Assembly (NCBI RefSeq): GCF_001194135.2
Contig: NC_068982.1
Location: forward strand, 114,776,412 to 114,832,721
Source of the DNA: Octopus bimaculoides
Taxonomy: Eukaryota
DNA length: 56,310 nucleotides
Direction: 5' to 3'
Under the pieces are notes generated by a model. It had not been told where the DNA came from, did not search any database, and saw nothing but the letters and a program-made list of their open reading frames with translations. The first letter of the stretch is position 1, and the number at the start of each line of letters is the position of its first letter. Positions 34,341 to 48,172 of the stretch are shown in pieces. The position numbers and the translations under genes were made by a program.

Positions 34341-35682
34341 ATTATTATTATTCATTAATAATAATATCTTTATATATATATATAAATAATAGTTATATAA
34401 TGAGCAATGCTCAATGTAGCTAATCGTCAGGCTGAGATTACCTTAATGATATGAAGGTTATGTTGTCGCTCCAAATTTCCAAGTCAGTTCTACCACAGTG
34501 GTGCATTGAACTGAATGGAGAGGCCAGAAATACAAAAAAATTAATAAAAACAAAACGGTTAAGAAGGGAAAGGATGAAATCAAATTATACAAGAGTGGGA
34601 GTGGTTTACAGTTGAGGGGTAGCAAGAAATGGAAAAAGAAAGGAAGAAAACGAAGAAGAGGAAATAATTGCTATCATTAAGGGGAAAATTTGTGGTCATA
34701 AACTTTTATCTAAGAGGTAACAACAAAAATTGCTGACTACTAGAATCTTATTATCCAAATTAGTAAGGGTAAAGGGGTGGTTTTCACTCTAAAGAAATAC
34801 AAGGTGCCAGTACAACCAGCATGTCCACTTACATCACAATGTATGCACACATCCACACACCCATGCAAATGCATGTTCACACATGTCATTTGTGTGAATG
34901 GACACAATATGTAAACACCCATTCACATGTGAAAACATACAGAAACGTATATGTCTGCTTAAGGTGTACACACACCATTAGGTACACACACACACACACA
35001 CATATGCACTTATACATATAATAGGTATATGTACAGTAGATATATATACACCCACATGCATCTAAGTAGAGAAAAAAAGTGGGGATTTATATAAATCAAG
35101 CTTGGGAAAGGTGAAAAGAATAAAAGAAATATAAGATGACAACTAAATGTTTGTATGTGTGTTGCACAGCCTATCATGAGCATAATTGCCTTAGTTGGAA
35201 TAAGGGTTGGTGACAGAAAGGGCATCTGGCTGTAAAATAATTCATCAAGATTCACACCAAAGTGGAAAAGGGAATTTAAAAAACGACAATGATTATATAT
35301 ATATATGTATATATATACATACACACACACAAGCATGTATAAATTATGAATACATGTAAGTTTGAAAATTTATCAATGTTCAAGAAAATATTTCCTCATC
35401 CACTTAATTATTTTACTCTTTATTTATGCTTATTTTCAATGAAATGAATCTATTATATTTTCCAATAAAAACCAAAGACATATTAACTTAAGCTGTAGCT
35501 AATATATTACTGATGTAATATATTTTTATGTCATTTTGTAAAAAAAAATATTTTTCTCAAATAAAAGAAATTTATTTTTTATTCAGTTCGTTCTTTGCCA
35601 TACTCTTCAAGTATCTTAATTCTTCAGCTTTTTTTCTTCTTTGTTTTTATGTTTTTAAATTTCGAGAACATCAACTCTCCAT

Positions 35683-35856
35683 TTAATATATTATATCATT
35701 ATGCATGTAGAAAATTAAGCTGACAGTGTTATGTCCCTGTAAGAGTAGAGCTTTACAGTAAATCTTTGACGAAGTCAATCTGTGGCAGCAGCACTTGTAC
35801 TCAAGAGTAGGTAACTCCTGCCTGTCCTCAAGCGACATTTTGGTGCAAGGAGCCAT
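35683..35856 (-). CDS. Candidate 57-aa small ORF or uORF (MAPCTKMSLEDRQELPTLEYKCCCHRLTSSKIYCKALLLQGHNTVSLIFYMHNDIIY)
   Basis: Two in-frame ATGs; GC-richer non-repeat island inside AT-rich flanks at the edge of a CpG-retaining zone. Below the ORF-track length cutoff. The mirrored plus frame is also open over 35762-35917. Confidence 0.4.
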   Translation of the reverse strand: MAPCTKMSLEDRQELPTLEYKCCCHRLTSSKIYCKALLLQGHNTVSLIFYMHNDIIY

Positions 35857-36181
35857 AACCTGTGAACGTACGGCTGTTTACGCCCGTATAAAGAATCACC
35901 AATTGTGGCGATCCAAGGTATTTCTTTGACTTCACATATTTTTAATTTGATTTTTAAGCACCCCCTTTTCAGTTTTGTTGCTGCTATTTTTGATAAAAAT
36001 GTCTAAATTTCGTATGATGTTCGTAAAAATTTGTCGTCGATCCGTCCAAGTTCTACTACTCCTACCTGCCCAGCGCACCTGTCCCACAATGCTTTGCGTT
36101 TATGCGTTAAAAATATATTTTTTTGCCATCCTCTTCTTTCTCATATATGTCATTATTATTGTTTACAAATTCAATAGCTGC

Positions 36182-36296
36182 ATTGCATAATTCCACCTTG
36201 GTTGGCTCCAAACTATCTATGCTTGCTGAGCCGACTCTTTATAACGTAATTATACAATACGTTGAAATTGACTCTACCCATGATGCAATGCGCAAT
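36182..36296. promoter_or_regulatory. bZIP site cluster: TGATGCAAT (C/EBP-ATF element) overlapping tgcgcaat, plus attgcataa and ataacgtaat
   Basis: Motifs at 36281-36289, 36289-36296, 36182-36190 and 36241-36250. Confidence 0.35.
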
Positions 36297-36349
36297 GAGT
36301 GTTTGATTCTGTCTTTTTTCCCCTTCTCCTCGCTAACACACACACACAC

Positions 36350-36508
36350 AAGCAAGTATTGCACTCACTCACGTAGACAACTACTGTTTCGTCGTGGCTC
36401 TTTGCGTGGCGATCACTCTCATTACGAACATAGGACAGGGTCTTTAAAGGTAGCTAACCAGCTGCCAGATTTAAATGTCTGCAATTATGTATTAAAAATT
36501 TTGAAGTG
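36350..36508 (+). other. Probable non-coding first exon of a rightward gene (start approximate)
   Basis: CpG-rich non-repeat sequence ending GTG|gtgagt, followed by kilobases of T-rich intron-like DNA. Confidence 0.45.
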
Positions 36509-39049
36509 GTGAGTAATTTTATCACCCACATTACGAAATATTGATGACATTATATACTTTAGCAACTGAAAACAAAAAAAAAAAAATCAAAATCTCAACT
36601 ATTCGTATGTATGCATATGTGTGTTTATATATATTATATATGTATATATATACAAACACACAAACATATATATATATATAGTGTATGTATGTATATTATG
36701 GGCATTAAATGTAAGTAATGATCAAAAGGTGTATTGCAATAAACTAGCTTCTAATGAAATGTATGATTTAATGTCGTGAAAGTTGTTAGGCCGAGTTGTT
36801 TTCTGTTGAAAAACCGTTATACCCCCGATGAATACAAACACGTTCTGTTTGCCTTGCAGATTTTTTTTTTTTAGTTGATTTGCTTTTTTACTTTATTTCG
36901 CTTATATATATTATTATCAATCATCGTTAATTTAATAAACTTAGATAAAACGTTTATATATTTATCGACCAGTCTCAATATGTTTTATCCGTTTAACAGT
37001 CAGGGAAAGTTGGCGGGTTTTCTGCTATCCTGCTTCCGGCTTTGATCTTTATTATTCTTTTGTATAATTTTGTTTTATTTTTCATAACTTTTTATCCTTA
37101 ATTCATTGTAAGAAAAGTGAATTTTATGAGGATTTGCGTATCTTTTATGTTTATTAACAATTGTGGGACAGGCAGAATCCTTAAGTTTTTTTTTGTGTGC
37201 TTATGATTTGAAAAGTAGTCTTAAAGAGTTGTGGTCTTGGTGTGTGTCATTAGATATATTATGAATAATATTTAAAATTAATTTACTTTTATAATTCAGT
37301 TGCTTTTAAAATGTATCCTTTTTGAGTTTCATGCCATTTCAGTTGAATTCAATTTGGCATTGCATATACTAATATAATAAAAGCTATTCAAAATTCGTTA
37401 GATTCCCTAAACAATTAAAGCCAGTTTTAATTTCAATCTAAGAATGTTTATCATTCTAAGGGAGGCAGTGACGAATTTATTTTATTTTCGCAAGTGACAA
37501 AAACCAATATATTAAGGATGTATATTATCCAAACATGAATTTTGTATTTGTTTATCCACGATCGGGCGCATCTATGATAAAAGCGGTCTAGGCGTGCCTA
37601 TCTCGTCTATTTGTATACCATACGTGTGTTTTGAAGAAAATTTTGGTTGCAATTTCTAGCACGTTGAGCGATCACTATAGGCGTTACTAATGAGTTCGTC
37701 TTTTAGATTTTTCTTCATTTAATATTTTTAAGTATCTATAAATTGAATGAATTTTAAAAATTAGTATGATTGAATGGTGTGAATTAGTGATCCATTTGAA
37801 TAAACATCTTTCGGCCGATCTGTGTGTGTGTGCGTGTATATATGTATATATATATATATATATATTATATGGTCTTGTTCTCGAGTATCGAGCTCGGTCT
37901 CCTTCACTTATCCATATCTAAAAATCAAGCGTATTACACGCACCACGCTACTTCTCTGTCACGTCAGATTAGAAAATTCAAAATTAAACGGAAACGTTAC
38001 ATTACAATTTTATGTAAGAATTTTGATATTTAGTTTTTAATGTTTGTGATATTCCATTTTATAAATTGATTTTAGGTTCAGGGGAGGTAATGAGACATTG
38101 TTTGGAATCACCCAGTATTCGATCTTATAGTTAGTTTATTGATATTTGATTTGATTAATTTATATACTATCGTTGTTTTTCAGCTGATTTTTTAATGTCT
38201 TAATAAGACTATTATGAAAAGGCGAAAACAAACTGTTCATTAATATGTACATATAGCTAGCTACAGCGTGATGTTAGATTAACTGCTAAGCCATGACCTA
38301 AATACGTTTTTTTGATTAGCTCGGGCCAACCTAAAGCGGAATAGAATGTTTACTGGCAATCCGCTCATTTAATATCCTCAAAATAGTTACATGATGGCCT
38401 CTACATGATCACTTGACTTTGCTAGAAACAGCAGACCAGTCTCTTCTCATCTTGGGAAAGGAAGCGACTCGTTATAATTTACTCCAATATAAATGTGTTT
38501 ATACACTTCAAATGCAAACGGAATATATTTTATATTAAAAAAAAAAAAAAGTTCGTAATTCTCTAACCTTAATCAGTTTCTGGTTTTAAAAGAGTTACTT
38601 TTTTTAAAATTTTTATTTCGTAAGTTAAAAAATATTTTTGTAGATTCTGAATCTTTAATGTCAGAACATAAAATTACCGCAGCCCATTAAAAAAGATGGT
38701 TCGGTTTAGACGAGAAAGCCGTTGATCATAGCTCAACCAGTCCCGAAGTATCCCAAGGAATGTTTAATCTGAGATCCTAGATTTCAAACAAAACAGTAAT
38801 TAAACTATAATCATCAGCATTTAAATTTTTTGAAGCCGGATTTTTAACAATCCCATCTTTTAACTTTTATATTCTTCATTTTATCAAGCTGATAATGATT
38901 TAGGAGATTTGCAGCTGCCGCTATATATATATATATATATATATATAATGGAATCTCCTGTCGAAACGACTTGAGTGTTCCGTTTTTGGTGAACGACCTG
39001 CACAAACGATTTGTTTATAGTAATCAAATGTATGTGCTATCACTTCCCA

Positions 39050-39245
39050 CCCAACAAATCGGCGTTGCCTGTACAGGTGCACAAGTGTTCCGAATGTCAG
39101 GTGTCTAAATGATCGCTGAGGAACGTGAACTGCAGTGTTTTCCTCAAGAACACAATGCGTCACTCGGTCTAGGAATCGAATCCACGATCTTCGCGCTCAT
39201 GACTGCAACACTGTAGCCACTAAGCGACGCGCCTTCAACACCCAC
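39050..39245 (-). mobile_element. tRNA-derived SINE (family C-like head)
   Basis: aggaatcgaatccacgatc...gccactaagcgacgcgcc. Confidence 0.7.
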
Positions 39246-39629
39246 ACACCCACCGTTTGTATTTGAAATGTATAAATATATCTTGTTTACATGTAGAAGC
39301 GGTAGATGTTTTACTTCCTGAAAAATTTGAAATGCTATTTCATTTTTGAAATTTCTTTAAGGATGAAAACACAAGGCTTGAATTTCGAAGGGAAGGGCGG
39401 GGTGGTATTTAGTCAATACTATCGACCGATACTTTATTTTATCGACCTCGAAATGATGAAGGTAAACTTGAACTCAGAACGTAAAGAGCCAGAACAAATA
39501 CCACAAGGTATTTTTTCTCGACGCTCTAACGATTCAACCAATAATCACCAAGCATTTCCTTAAGTAAAGTAATATTTCCCTATGACCAGACGGGTTTTCT
39601 CAGACGATTTAAAAGAAAGGACACTGCTT

Positions 39630-39790
39630 GCATGATAGTGATGCAGTTTCTGTCTACCAATACACTCACATGGCTTTAGTCAGCCTGGGACTATAGTAGA
39701 AGATACTTGCCCAAGGTACCACACAGTGGGTCTGCACCTAGATCCCGTGTGTTGGGAAGCAAATTTGCCACATAGCCATGCCTCTTCCTA
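39630..39790 (-). mobile_element. Family A SINE
   Basis: cagtttctgtctacc...gatacttgcccaaggtacc...gggaagcaaa...ccacatagccatgcct. Other copies at 43855-44030 (+), 49345-49500 (+), 50040-50190 (-). Confidence 0.75.
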
Positions 39791-41403
39791 ATAGTAATAA
39801 TAATAATAATTATCATTATCATTCTTTTTACCATAGGCACAAGGCCTGAAATTTTTTAAAGGAGGGAGCTAGTTAGGTTCATCAACTCCAGTGCCCAACT
39901 AGTACTCATTTCATTGGCCCCATAAGGATGAAAGGTAAAGTTGACCATGGCAGAATTTGAACTCTGATCACAAAGAGATGAAATGCTGCTATGGATTTGG
40001 TCCAGTATGGTAATGATTATACCAGCTCACCACCTTAATTAATGATAATAATCATAATAATAATAATAGTAGTATTATAAGGTATGACATTGTGATTACA
40101 TTGATCTGCAGTTGGCTTCTGCAACTCAAACATCAATTATTATGACTACTTCTGAGATAGTTCTAATAACAGTGGCATGAATTGATTATGGATACTGCTT
40201 AAGTTAATATCAATTACCTGTGAAAGTTGTTTAGACACTGACTTAAATCAATCAAGTTGTTTCTGAAACTGGCTGGTGTAAATTACATATATCTCAATGT
40301 AAGTATTGTTTAGATCATGGGCCAAACATCATGTAACCTCAGGTCAGCCTTGATCTAACAGATTTAAAATATTTTAACCATAACCATCTTCGTCTTAGGG
40401 GTATATAGGACTATAATGTCTAATGTGCTCTTTTCTTATTTAAGACAGTAGAGTGTCTCTTGAGTGTTTTTAGCATTGGTTATCCTTAGTCAGATCTCCT
40501 GCCTAAGGATAACCAATGTTGGAGACCCTGAAAAGAGTCATGGCATTGCTCTTTCTCTTCTGACTAAGCATTAAAGAAGTAGTTGAGCAACCATGTAGAG
40601 ACTCCTTTCATAATATTATTTAAGTTACAGTATCTGTCAGCAGTAGTAAGTATGTGTCTCAATATAAACTTTATGCTAATAAAATTATTATCGTCAATGT
40701 CTATGCCATGCTGGCATGGGTTGCACATGGATACTTGGTAGCATATTGTCATTGTCTTTAAACTTGTTATGCTTGTTTTCAGTGTCAGTATAGTGGAAGT
40801 AGTAGAAGATTATTTACGTAGTTAAGTATCAGTTATCTTTCTTTGATATCATATTTCAGTTTTGTGTAATCTCTGCTGCCCCTCTGGTGTGTGGAGAAAT
40901 ATTAGTTTCTGAAAATAATGCAATCTATACCTTTTGTAAAGGAGATTTAATGGTTGTTGTTATCTGTAGATCATCTCTGATTGAGCAGACTTGTGCTTCA
41001 AAGGCTTTCTAACTGTGACCATTTTAAAACAGTAGGGGAATAGTACTCAATTTTTTTTTAATTGTTGCATATTTTACAACATACAAAAATATTTTAAGCA
41101 TTGTACATAGAGTAAAAAGAACTTTAACTGATAAATGTAAAAAGTTTAAACTACAGAATATAAACAAACTTCTTGATTCAATAAATGTAGCATAACTATT
41201 TAGAATTTCAGTTTGTATTTTTCACATTTTTTAAAAATATGATTCTGTTTATTTGTGGTTTACTATTTTGAAGAAGCCATTGCACTAGTGTGTGTTTGAG
41301 GAATTTGGTTGTTATTTGTAACAGGCCAACATAGAAGCTCCTTTTCTTGCTCAATAAATTAAATAGTTGAATGATCATGTGGCAACATTTCAAATGTTTA
41401 AGT

Positions 41404-41724
41404 CAGCGTTTCTCACCTGGGGTTCCCTGGAACCCTGTGGTTCTGCAAAAGGTCCCATGAGAAAAAGTGAGGTAAGCTAATGATAATTTCATGATCGTAA
41501 TATTACTATACATGCACAACATATTGGTTATTGTAATATAGACATCATCCTATCTAACCTTTTAAGTTATCAAAAAAATATAACAAATATATGATATTTA
41601 CCACATGAACTGTAATGAAAAAATATGAGAAAGATATGGTATATAATTTTTTTGTGCAGGAGTTCCTTGCGATATGTAATTTGATTTAAGGGTTACGCAA
41701 GGGTAAAAAGGTGGAAAAACACTG
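41404..41724. mobile_element. hAT (Charlie-like) MITE
   Basis: cagcgtttctcacc...ggtggaaaaacactg termini; TSD gtttaagt/gtttaaat (7/8). Confidence 0.8.
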
Positions 41725-41862
41725 GTTTAAATGTTTAGATTTGTAAAGTGTGCAGTCAACGAAAGCTGTTTGATTTTGTTAGACAATTTCATTAATAGAA
41801 AATCTTTTGGTACAAGCTCAATGAACATTGTGCCTCAAGTCATATTAATTTCTCAATGACAG

Positions 41863-41910
41863 AATAAAATTTGCTGAATATATGAGTAAATTGTATGAAG
41901 ACAGCTGCAA
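41863..41910 (+). CDS. Candidate 48-nt exon (IKFAEYMSKLYEDSC)
   Basis: atttctcaatgacag acceptor, CAA|gtaagt donor, open phase 2-2 frame. Confidence 0.3.
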
Positions 41911-43034
41911 GTAAGTTCCCATAAAAATGGTAGATCACCAAGAAGTAAGGGAATGATTAAGATGTTATTTCATTGTTTTGTTAGATTTTTAAATGAAAAA
42001 CTAACAATTCATGTGAAGTTTATAGAAGTTAGATTGTGAAATCTTCTAGACAAATCAAGTTATGAATGTGGAGATTATAAGACTTTTAAGATAAAAATCT
42101 GATATTTTAGTAACTTATTTTATAACCCTACTAACATAAAAGTTAAGTGCAGGTCTAACATGATATAATGTTTTTAAACCAGAATACAAACTTATTTGAA
42201 CTAAGATACTTCTTTTATAAATGAAAACACCTATAAATACAGTTAACAGCTATCAATCCTACAAGGTCAATTCATGTAGAAATGATAGCCAAAATCTCTT
42301 TCAAATTATGCTCCATTATCTTATAGAAGAATACATTAGACAGTGTAGTTCCTGACACACAAAAAGACAAGATGATTAAGACTGGAACATTTTTGATAAT
42401 AGGTTTGCTGGGCCAGGACTAAACAATCTAGTTAGGAATTATGCCATTCTATGTAGTGTTTTCCTCAAAAATATTGTAGACCTGATATATTTAATAAAAG
42501 TAAACAGAAAGTTCTATTATTTCTACATTGAATTTGTTTTAATCTGAGCTAATTTGTGTAACATTGAAGATTGAATGTTATTTTAGAATACTTCACCAAT
42601 GTCATCATGCATTACTTAAACTGTTTAAGTTTTAATATGGAATTGTATTTGACACATCACATTAGTTAATTGGCATTTGTCAGCATGAAAATGTTAAATG
42701 TGCTTTATAAGAATGTTGACAATTATCCTGTAATATTAGAAATATGCTTCCTAATGTAACAAATAAACCAACAAAGGAACCTTTACATGGTTGTGACCTG
42801 CTAGATTGTATCCAAATCTCTAAGAAAAAAAAATTGATAAAAAGGAAGGACATATTGGATAGTTAAGGCCTACATCTATTATGTGTGCAAAGACAAAAAG
42901 ATAATTTGGTGATCATATACTTTCGACCATCGATATAGTTGATAAGGGTTGATCTGAGGCTCAACAAAAGCATAAATCTTCTGAAAATCTATATAGACAT
43001 GTTCTGGCATGTTTGTGTATGTGTATACACACAC

Positions 43035-43200
43035 ATAGCCTAGTAGTTAGGGTGTTTGGCTCACAGTTATATAGTCATGGGTTCAATTTCTGCACAAGGT
43101 AGTGCATTGTGTCCTTGACCAAGGCACTTCATTTCGTGTTGCTTCATTCTACTCAGTTGAAAATGAGTACCAGCTGACTACTGGTGCAGTCCTGTCTCCC
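43035..43200 (+). mobile_element. Family C SINE, decayed
   Basis: tagcctagtagttagggtg...gcattgtgtccttgaccaaggcacttcatttc...aaaatgagtac. Confidence 0.7.
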
Positions 43201-43608
43201 TGCAAGTGTCACATTCTCAATGTTACACTGGGTCATAGATGAAGGTCTGAGAGGGTGCCTGTGTCTGCTTGTGACTACATAGGCATCTAAAACTATTAGT
43301 GGAAGCATGATACAAGCTAACAGGTTATATTCGCTTGTGAGTGATGGCTAAAGTTTTCATTTGTATGAATGCATGCATGTCTATGGGCTTCCTATGGTTT
43401 CTATCAACCACTTGACCTATGGGTGTCTTTAGCATAATCCATGAACCTTCCTTAGAATTTATAAGAGTGAAAACAATTCCTTTTTATAGATTCTACTGAA
43501 ATTTTTTTATTCACTTACTGATGAAATCAATTATATCTAGTTTTCTTGTTTGATATATCAAGAATATATCTACTTCCTGTAATTGTAGCTCCTTTTCATA
43601 TTATTCAG

Positions 43609-43687
43609 GTGTTTACTGTGCCAATTAATGACTTTGAAATACTTTTGGATATATATTTTTATTATTTTATCATTTGTCACTAAGACT
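43609..43687 (+). CDS. Candidate exon with ATG at 43628 encoding a signal-peptide-like MTLKYFWIYIFIILSFVTKT
   Basis: ccttttcatattattcag acceptor and ACT|gtaaga donor. AT-rich DNA can mimic hydrophobic peptides. Confidence 0.25.
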
Positions 43688-45594
43688 GTAAGAGGTACTT
43701 TCATAATACTGCTTCCTTTAGGTTGTATACATTCATTTGTCTAATATCTGGAGTATTCTGTAAGCTTTTTGGGTTTTTTTAAGTTTGTAAAGAAGGAAAA
43801 CCATTGAGTATTTTTTGCTTTAGGCTGATTATGAAATCAATAATATTATCAAAGTACATGGCTATGCCATTAAGAAATTTGCTCCATAACTTTGTGGTTC
43901 TGGGTTTGATCGCACAGCATACCACATGGGCAAGAGTCTTCTACCATAGTCACAGGTTGACCACAATACCTTGTGTGTGAAATTTGGTTAAAAGAAACTG
44001 TGCAGAAGCCCATTATTTCTGTATGTTTATATCTTTCAGCAGATGCTGTAATAAACACCAATGAAAACTGATGTTCTTTGAATAAGGAGGGTCCTTAGTA
44101 GTGAATTAGAGATATATCATTGTTACCCTACCTGCTGGAAATGCAACAATCCAGTAATTGGTACATTAGAAACTTTTAAACCAACAGTTCTAATACTCAC
44201 AAATGACGATATAAAATATATATGAAAAAATAAAAACCAGTTTTCTTAGAAATAAAATTCTCAGTAAAACTTTTGTGTAAACACCAATTCCTCATTGTAA
44301 TGTTATGTCAATTGTAGGAATTGAGCAAAGAATTAGTCAATACTTATTGTAAATACTAAAATTTTAAATTTATATAGTTGATTATATTTAAAATCTTTTA
44401 TTAAAACGATGTATAGTAAATTTAGAGCAAATTCATCCACATTTGTCTAGATATGGGAAATTATTTGTGAGTTAAAGTGTTATTTAGATAAATGATTGCC
44501 TTCATTAACACTGGTAAGAAATAGACATGGAAGTGTTGCTAGAATATGCAAACTATCTAGGAAGTAGAAATTGTTAGTGGAATATCAGAGGGAATTGGTA
44601 GAGAGATTAGGTCAAGTCAACAAGAGTATATTTCTAGGGTCACACAATCTCCTAGAAGTAACAGCCAATTCTGTATACCACATCTTACTATCTTCAAGAA
44701 GGATACATTGAACCAACAAAAACTTCTACTGGCTAAGTTGATCTACTAGAAACAACACCTTATCTTATTAAGAAAATTAAAGGCATAGATACATTGAACA
44801 ATGTAGTTTTTGACATACAAAGTAAAAGCAGGAAGAAGGGCATGACTGGAACCTCACTGATCATGAGTCTGCTTATTCTGGACAAGCCTAGGGCTAAATG
44901 GCAACAATATAAAGACTAGATTATAGGGCAATTAAAAGTGTACAAACAAAAGATACTGGATGTTGAGAGATAATTTCTGAGATGCTGTATGTATCAGGTC
45001 TGATTGTTATTACAGCAGCTGTTCACTTAGCTAATCAGACTGCTGAATTCTATCAGTAGAAATTGATGAGGTAGCAGACATTAAAAACATAATGAAGGAG
45101 CACTTATGCAGTCACTCGACTTGCTAGAATAGGCAGCAAAATTATATTATAGTTACTTTTTAGAGTCTTAAATGATTAGAGCACATTAGACAGTATTATT
45201 GTGGATATTTCTAAATAAATGGCTTGTCGTCGCTAGAATACCTTTCACCATACTGTTCAGTATGGTTGATATGTGGTTAAGCAACAACGGGAAAGATGAA
45301 GATTCATTAAATAATGGATTGACTTGTATGCATTTGTTAGAATTTTCAATTGTTAGGGGAACATAGTTGGTTTGGACAAATAACTGTCTGAGTAGTGAAC
45401 CATAGATGCTATATTTGTGTGTGTATCTCTTTCTTCATCTACACTATTAAGTTTCATTTGTCAACCCAGAGAAAGTTTTTAACAGTTCCATGCTCTGTAA
45501 TCTGATAATCAATGAGAAATCTAAATGCTGATGAATTGTTTATAGTAACTATTCAGGGATGTGTATGAAGCTTTTTTTTTTTTTTTTATTTCGA

Positions 45595-45878
45595 GCGAGA
45601 TCGTTGCCAGTGCCCCTGGACTGGCTCTGTTGCGGGTGGCACATGAAATGCACCATTTTGAGCGTGGCCGTTGCCAGTACCGCCTGACTGGCCTTCGTGC
45701 GGGTGACACGTAAAAGCACCCACTACACTCTCTGAGTGGTTGGCGTTAGGAAGGGCATCCAGCTGTAGAAACTCTGCCAAATCAGATTGGAGCCTGATGT
45801 AGCCATCTGGTTTCACCAGTCCTCAGTCAAATCGTCCAACCCATGCTAGCATGGAAAGCGGACGTTAAACGACGATGA
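45595..45878 (+). mobile_element. Young RTE 3'-tail element with three gtggcac-type units
   Basis: Intact CpGs; ends ggacgttaaacgacgatgac. Confidence 0.9.
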
Positions 45879-46424
45879 CAATGGATAACAAATTTAATAT
45901 ATAAGTCATGTTTCTTGGCCACCTTCTTTCAATTTCAACTTAGATTTGGCATTCAGAAGAGTGGATTTGAGCTAAGAGACCTAAAAATATGTAAAAACCA
46001 GTTAGTAACTGGGTCAGCTTGAATCAATACCATTTAGAAAAGTGGCTAGGATAGAAAAAAACTGAAGTGTGAATACAGATAGTACAACAGGATCTCTTAG
46101 CAGACTAAACAGGGACCAGAATTTTCCATACAACCAGATGTACTAGAGTAGCTAGCAACAAATTATTAACTTTGTGAGTTCTAAGGACTGTTCAAATGCT
46201 TCCTTCCAAATAGTTTTGAAGTGATAGCTAAAATTTGATAACTTGAAAGAAGTTTGGGAAAGTGCCATCCATGTTGGTAACAGGACTTTCTCTCCATCCC
46301 CAAAAATAAAACTAAATCATCTGTGAGAATGTGACAATGTGATAAAGCAACTCTGAAATAACTGAAGATGCATGAATTTGTTATTATTGCTTAAGAAGTG
46401 AAGAAAGTAGATGCTGTAATAGGC

Positions 46425-46630
46425 AGAGATGGGAATATTAGCATGCTGGGTGAAATGCTTAGTGGTATTTCATCTGTTTTTACGTTCTGAGTTCAAATTC
46501 CGCCAAGGTTGACTTTGCTTTCATCCTTTTGGGGTCGATAAATTAAGTACCAGTTGCATATCGGGGTTGATCTAATCGATTAGCCCCCTCCCCCAAAATT
46601 TCGGTCATTGTGCCTAGAGTAGAAAAGAAT
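46425..46630 (+). mobile_element. Family B SINE, well preserved
   Basis: gttctgagttcaaattccgccaaggttgactttgctttcatcc...gtgcctagagtagaaaag. Confidence 0.85.
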
Positions 46631-47867
46631 ATTTTTGTGACTTCATACCAATCAGTCAGGTGGCGTTTCATTCAATACAAGCTATGTCTATGTGTTGCAG
46701 TAACCCTGTCTCAACAGAAGTGGAAACGATACTCTGTTGTGATGTTCACCTGAACTCCGAAAAGGATTAGTAGTTGTTGGGAGATGAAGTGTTTTCTAGC
46801 TCAGGAAAGTAAGGCTAGCCTTTGTGATACAGTCTTTGCTATGTTGCAATGTTATCATGAAATATGATGACAGGGTTCAATAAACGTTAGCAATAAGAAT
46901 ATGGCTTTAAAAAATCACTAGAGATATGTGCTCAAGATTGTCCTTATTGTATTTAATATTTCATATGTAGAGGACAGATGTTAGAATAGGTAGAACATTG
47001 GACAAAATGTTGTATTTAATTACACTCTTTAGTGCTGGTGCTTTGATTAAACACACAGTACTAGAGAGTTATAACTCTGAATTAGTGCTGACACAGACCA
47101 TGATAGGCTGTCCTCATTGTGGATATATGACGATGATGTTGGTAACAATGGTGGTAATTTAACCTCTGTATAACTCCTGCTGTTGTTAACTTTGCCTTTT
47201 ATTCTTTTGAAATAAGTAACTGCCAAGTATGAGGGTCACTTTAATTGATTATACTTTCTCCCAATATTTTCAAAAAAGTTTTGTTTGTGAACCCCTTCCA
47301 TCCCTTTATTATTTTTATTGTCATTACTGCATTCTTAATGATTTCTTACTGTGGTGGGGTGGGTTAGGGGGTTTGTAAAAAAGTGTGCTATGTTTGGTTT
47401 AATTAACTTCAATACACCACTAGTGCTTATTGTATCAACCTGGGAATGATAAAAAAATTTAACTTCTGGATTAAAAAAAAAAAGAATATAGAGAAGAAAG
47501 ACAACTAATTTATCCTGAAAAATTTAGTTGAGTACTCTACCATTTATACCACACCAAGAGAATAAGAATAAAAGAATAAATGATTACTTTTGAGTGAGTT
47601 AATGAACTTAAGCATTTAAAATGTAGTCTTCAATAGATAGACTGTGACTCCAAGCAACAACATAAGGCAGCACTGAATTGTCGTGTGCTCAAACGTCAAT
47701 TCATTCCTCTGATGTTGAAATAATTTGATTCATTATAATCTCTGCTATCACTCGACGTATTAGAAGGGAGATAATTCTATCTTTCACATGAAAAGCTTAA
47801 ATATTTAATATAGTATCAATGGTTTAAATTATCACGATGTTCAAGCTTATATATTTTCGTTTCTTAG

Positions 47868-47908
47868 GTATTTTATATTTCATTTGTGCCAGTGTTTCTC
47901 TTGGAATG
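47868..47908 (+). CDS. Candidate 41-nt exon
   Basis: atattttcgtttcttag acceptor, ATG|gtatga donor, all three frames open. Confidence 0.3.
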
Positions 47909-48172
47909 GTATGATTGGAACTAAGAAGTTCCCATGTTTAATGATTTGATAGATTTTGTGCTGTTTAAGAGATTCAGGTTTTGTACAATACCTTATTCAA
48001 ATATCATAATGCATATTTATTATATTCTATTAACATGTAAATGTATTTAATCAACATCTGCACGCTATACCTCTCTATCTAATCTGTGATATTGTTATTA
48101 CTAAAGTTGTCGTATTACCTACATTTTGCTTGCATGTATGTAGTCAGGACTATTAAAGGTGACCCACACAAG

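Noticed and set aside
35734-35763. IYCKALLLQG resembling an LYR motif
   Set aside because: Needs an insertion, sits in the wrong position and lacks the downstream conserved Phe region.
36123-36512. 129-aa plus-strand ORF
   Set aside because: Non-ATG start, low-complexity content including a CA repeat; better explained as promoter plus UTR exon.
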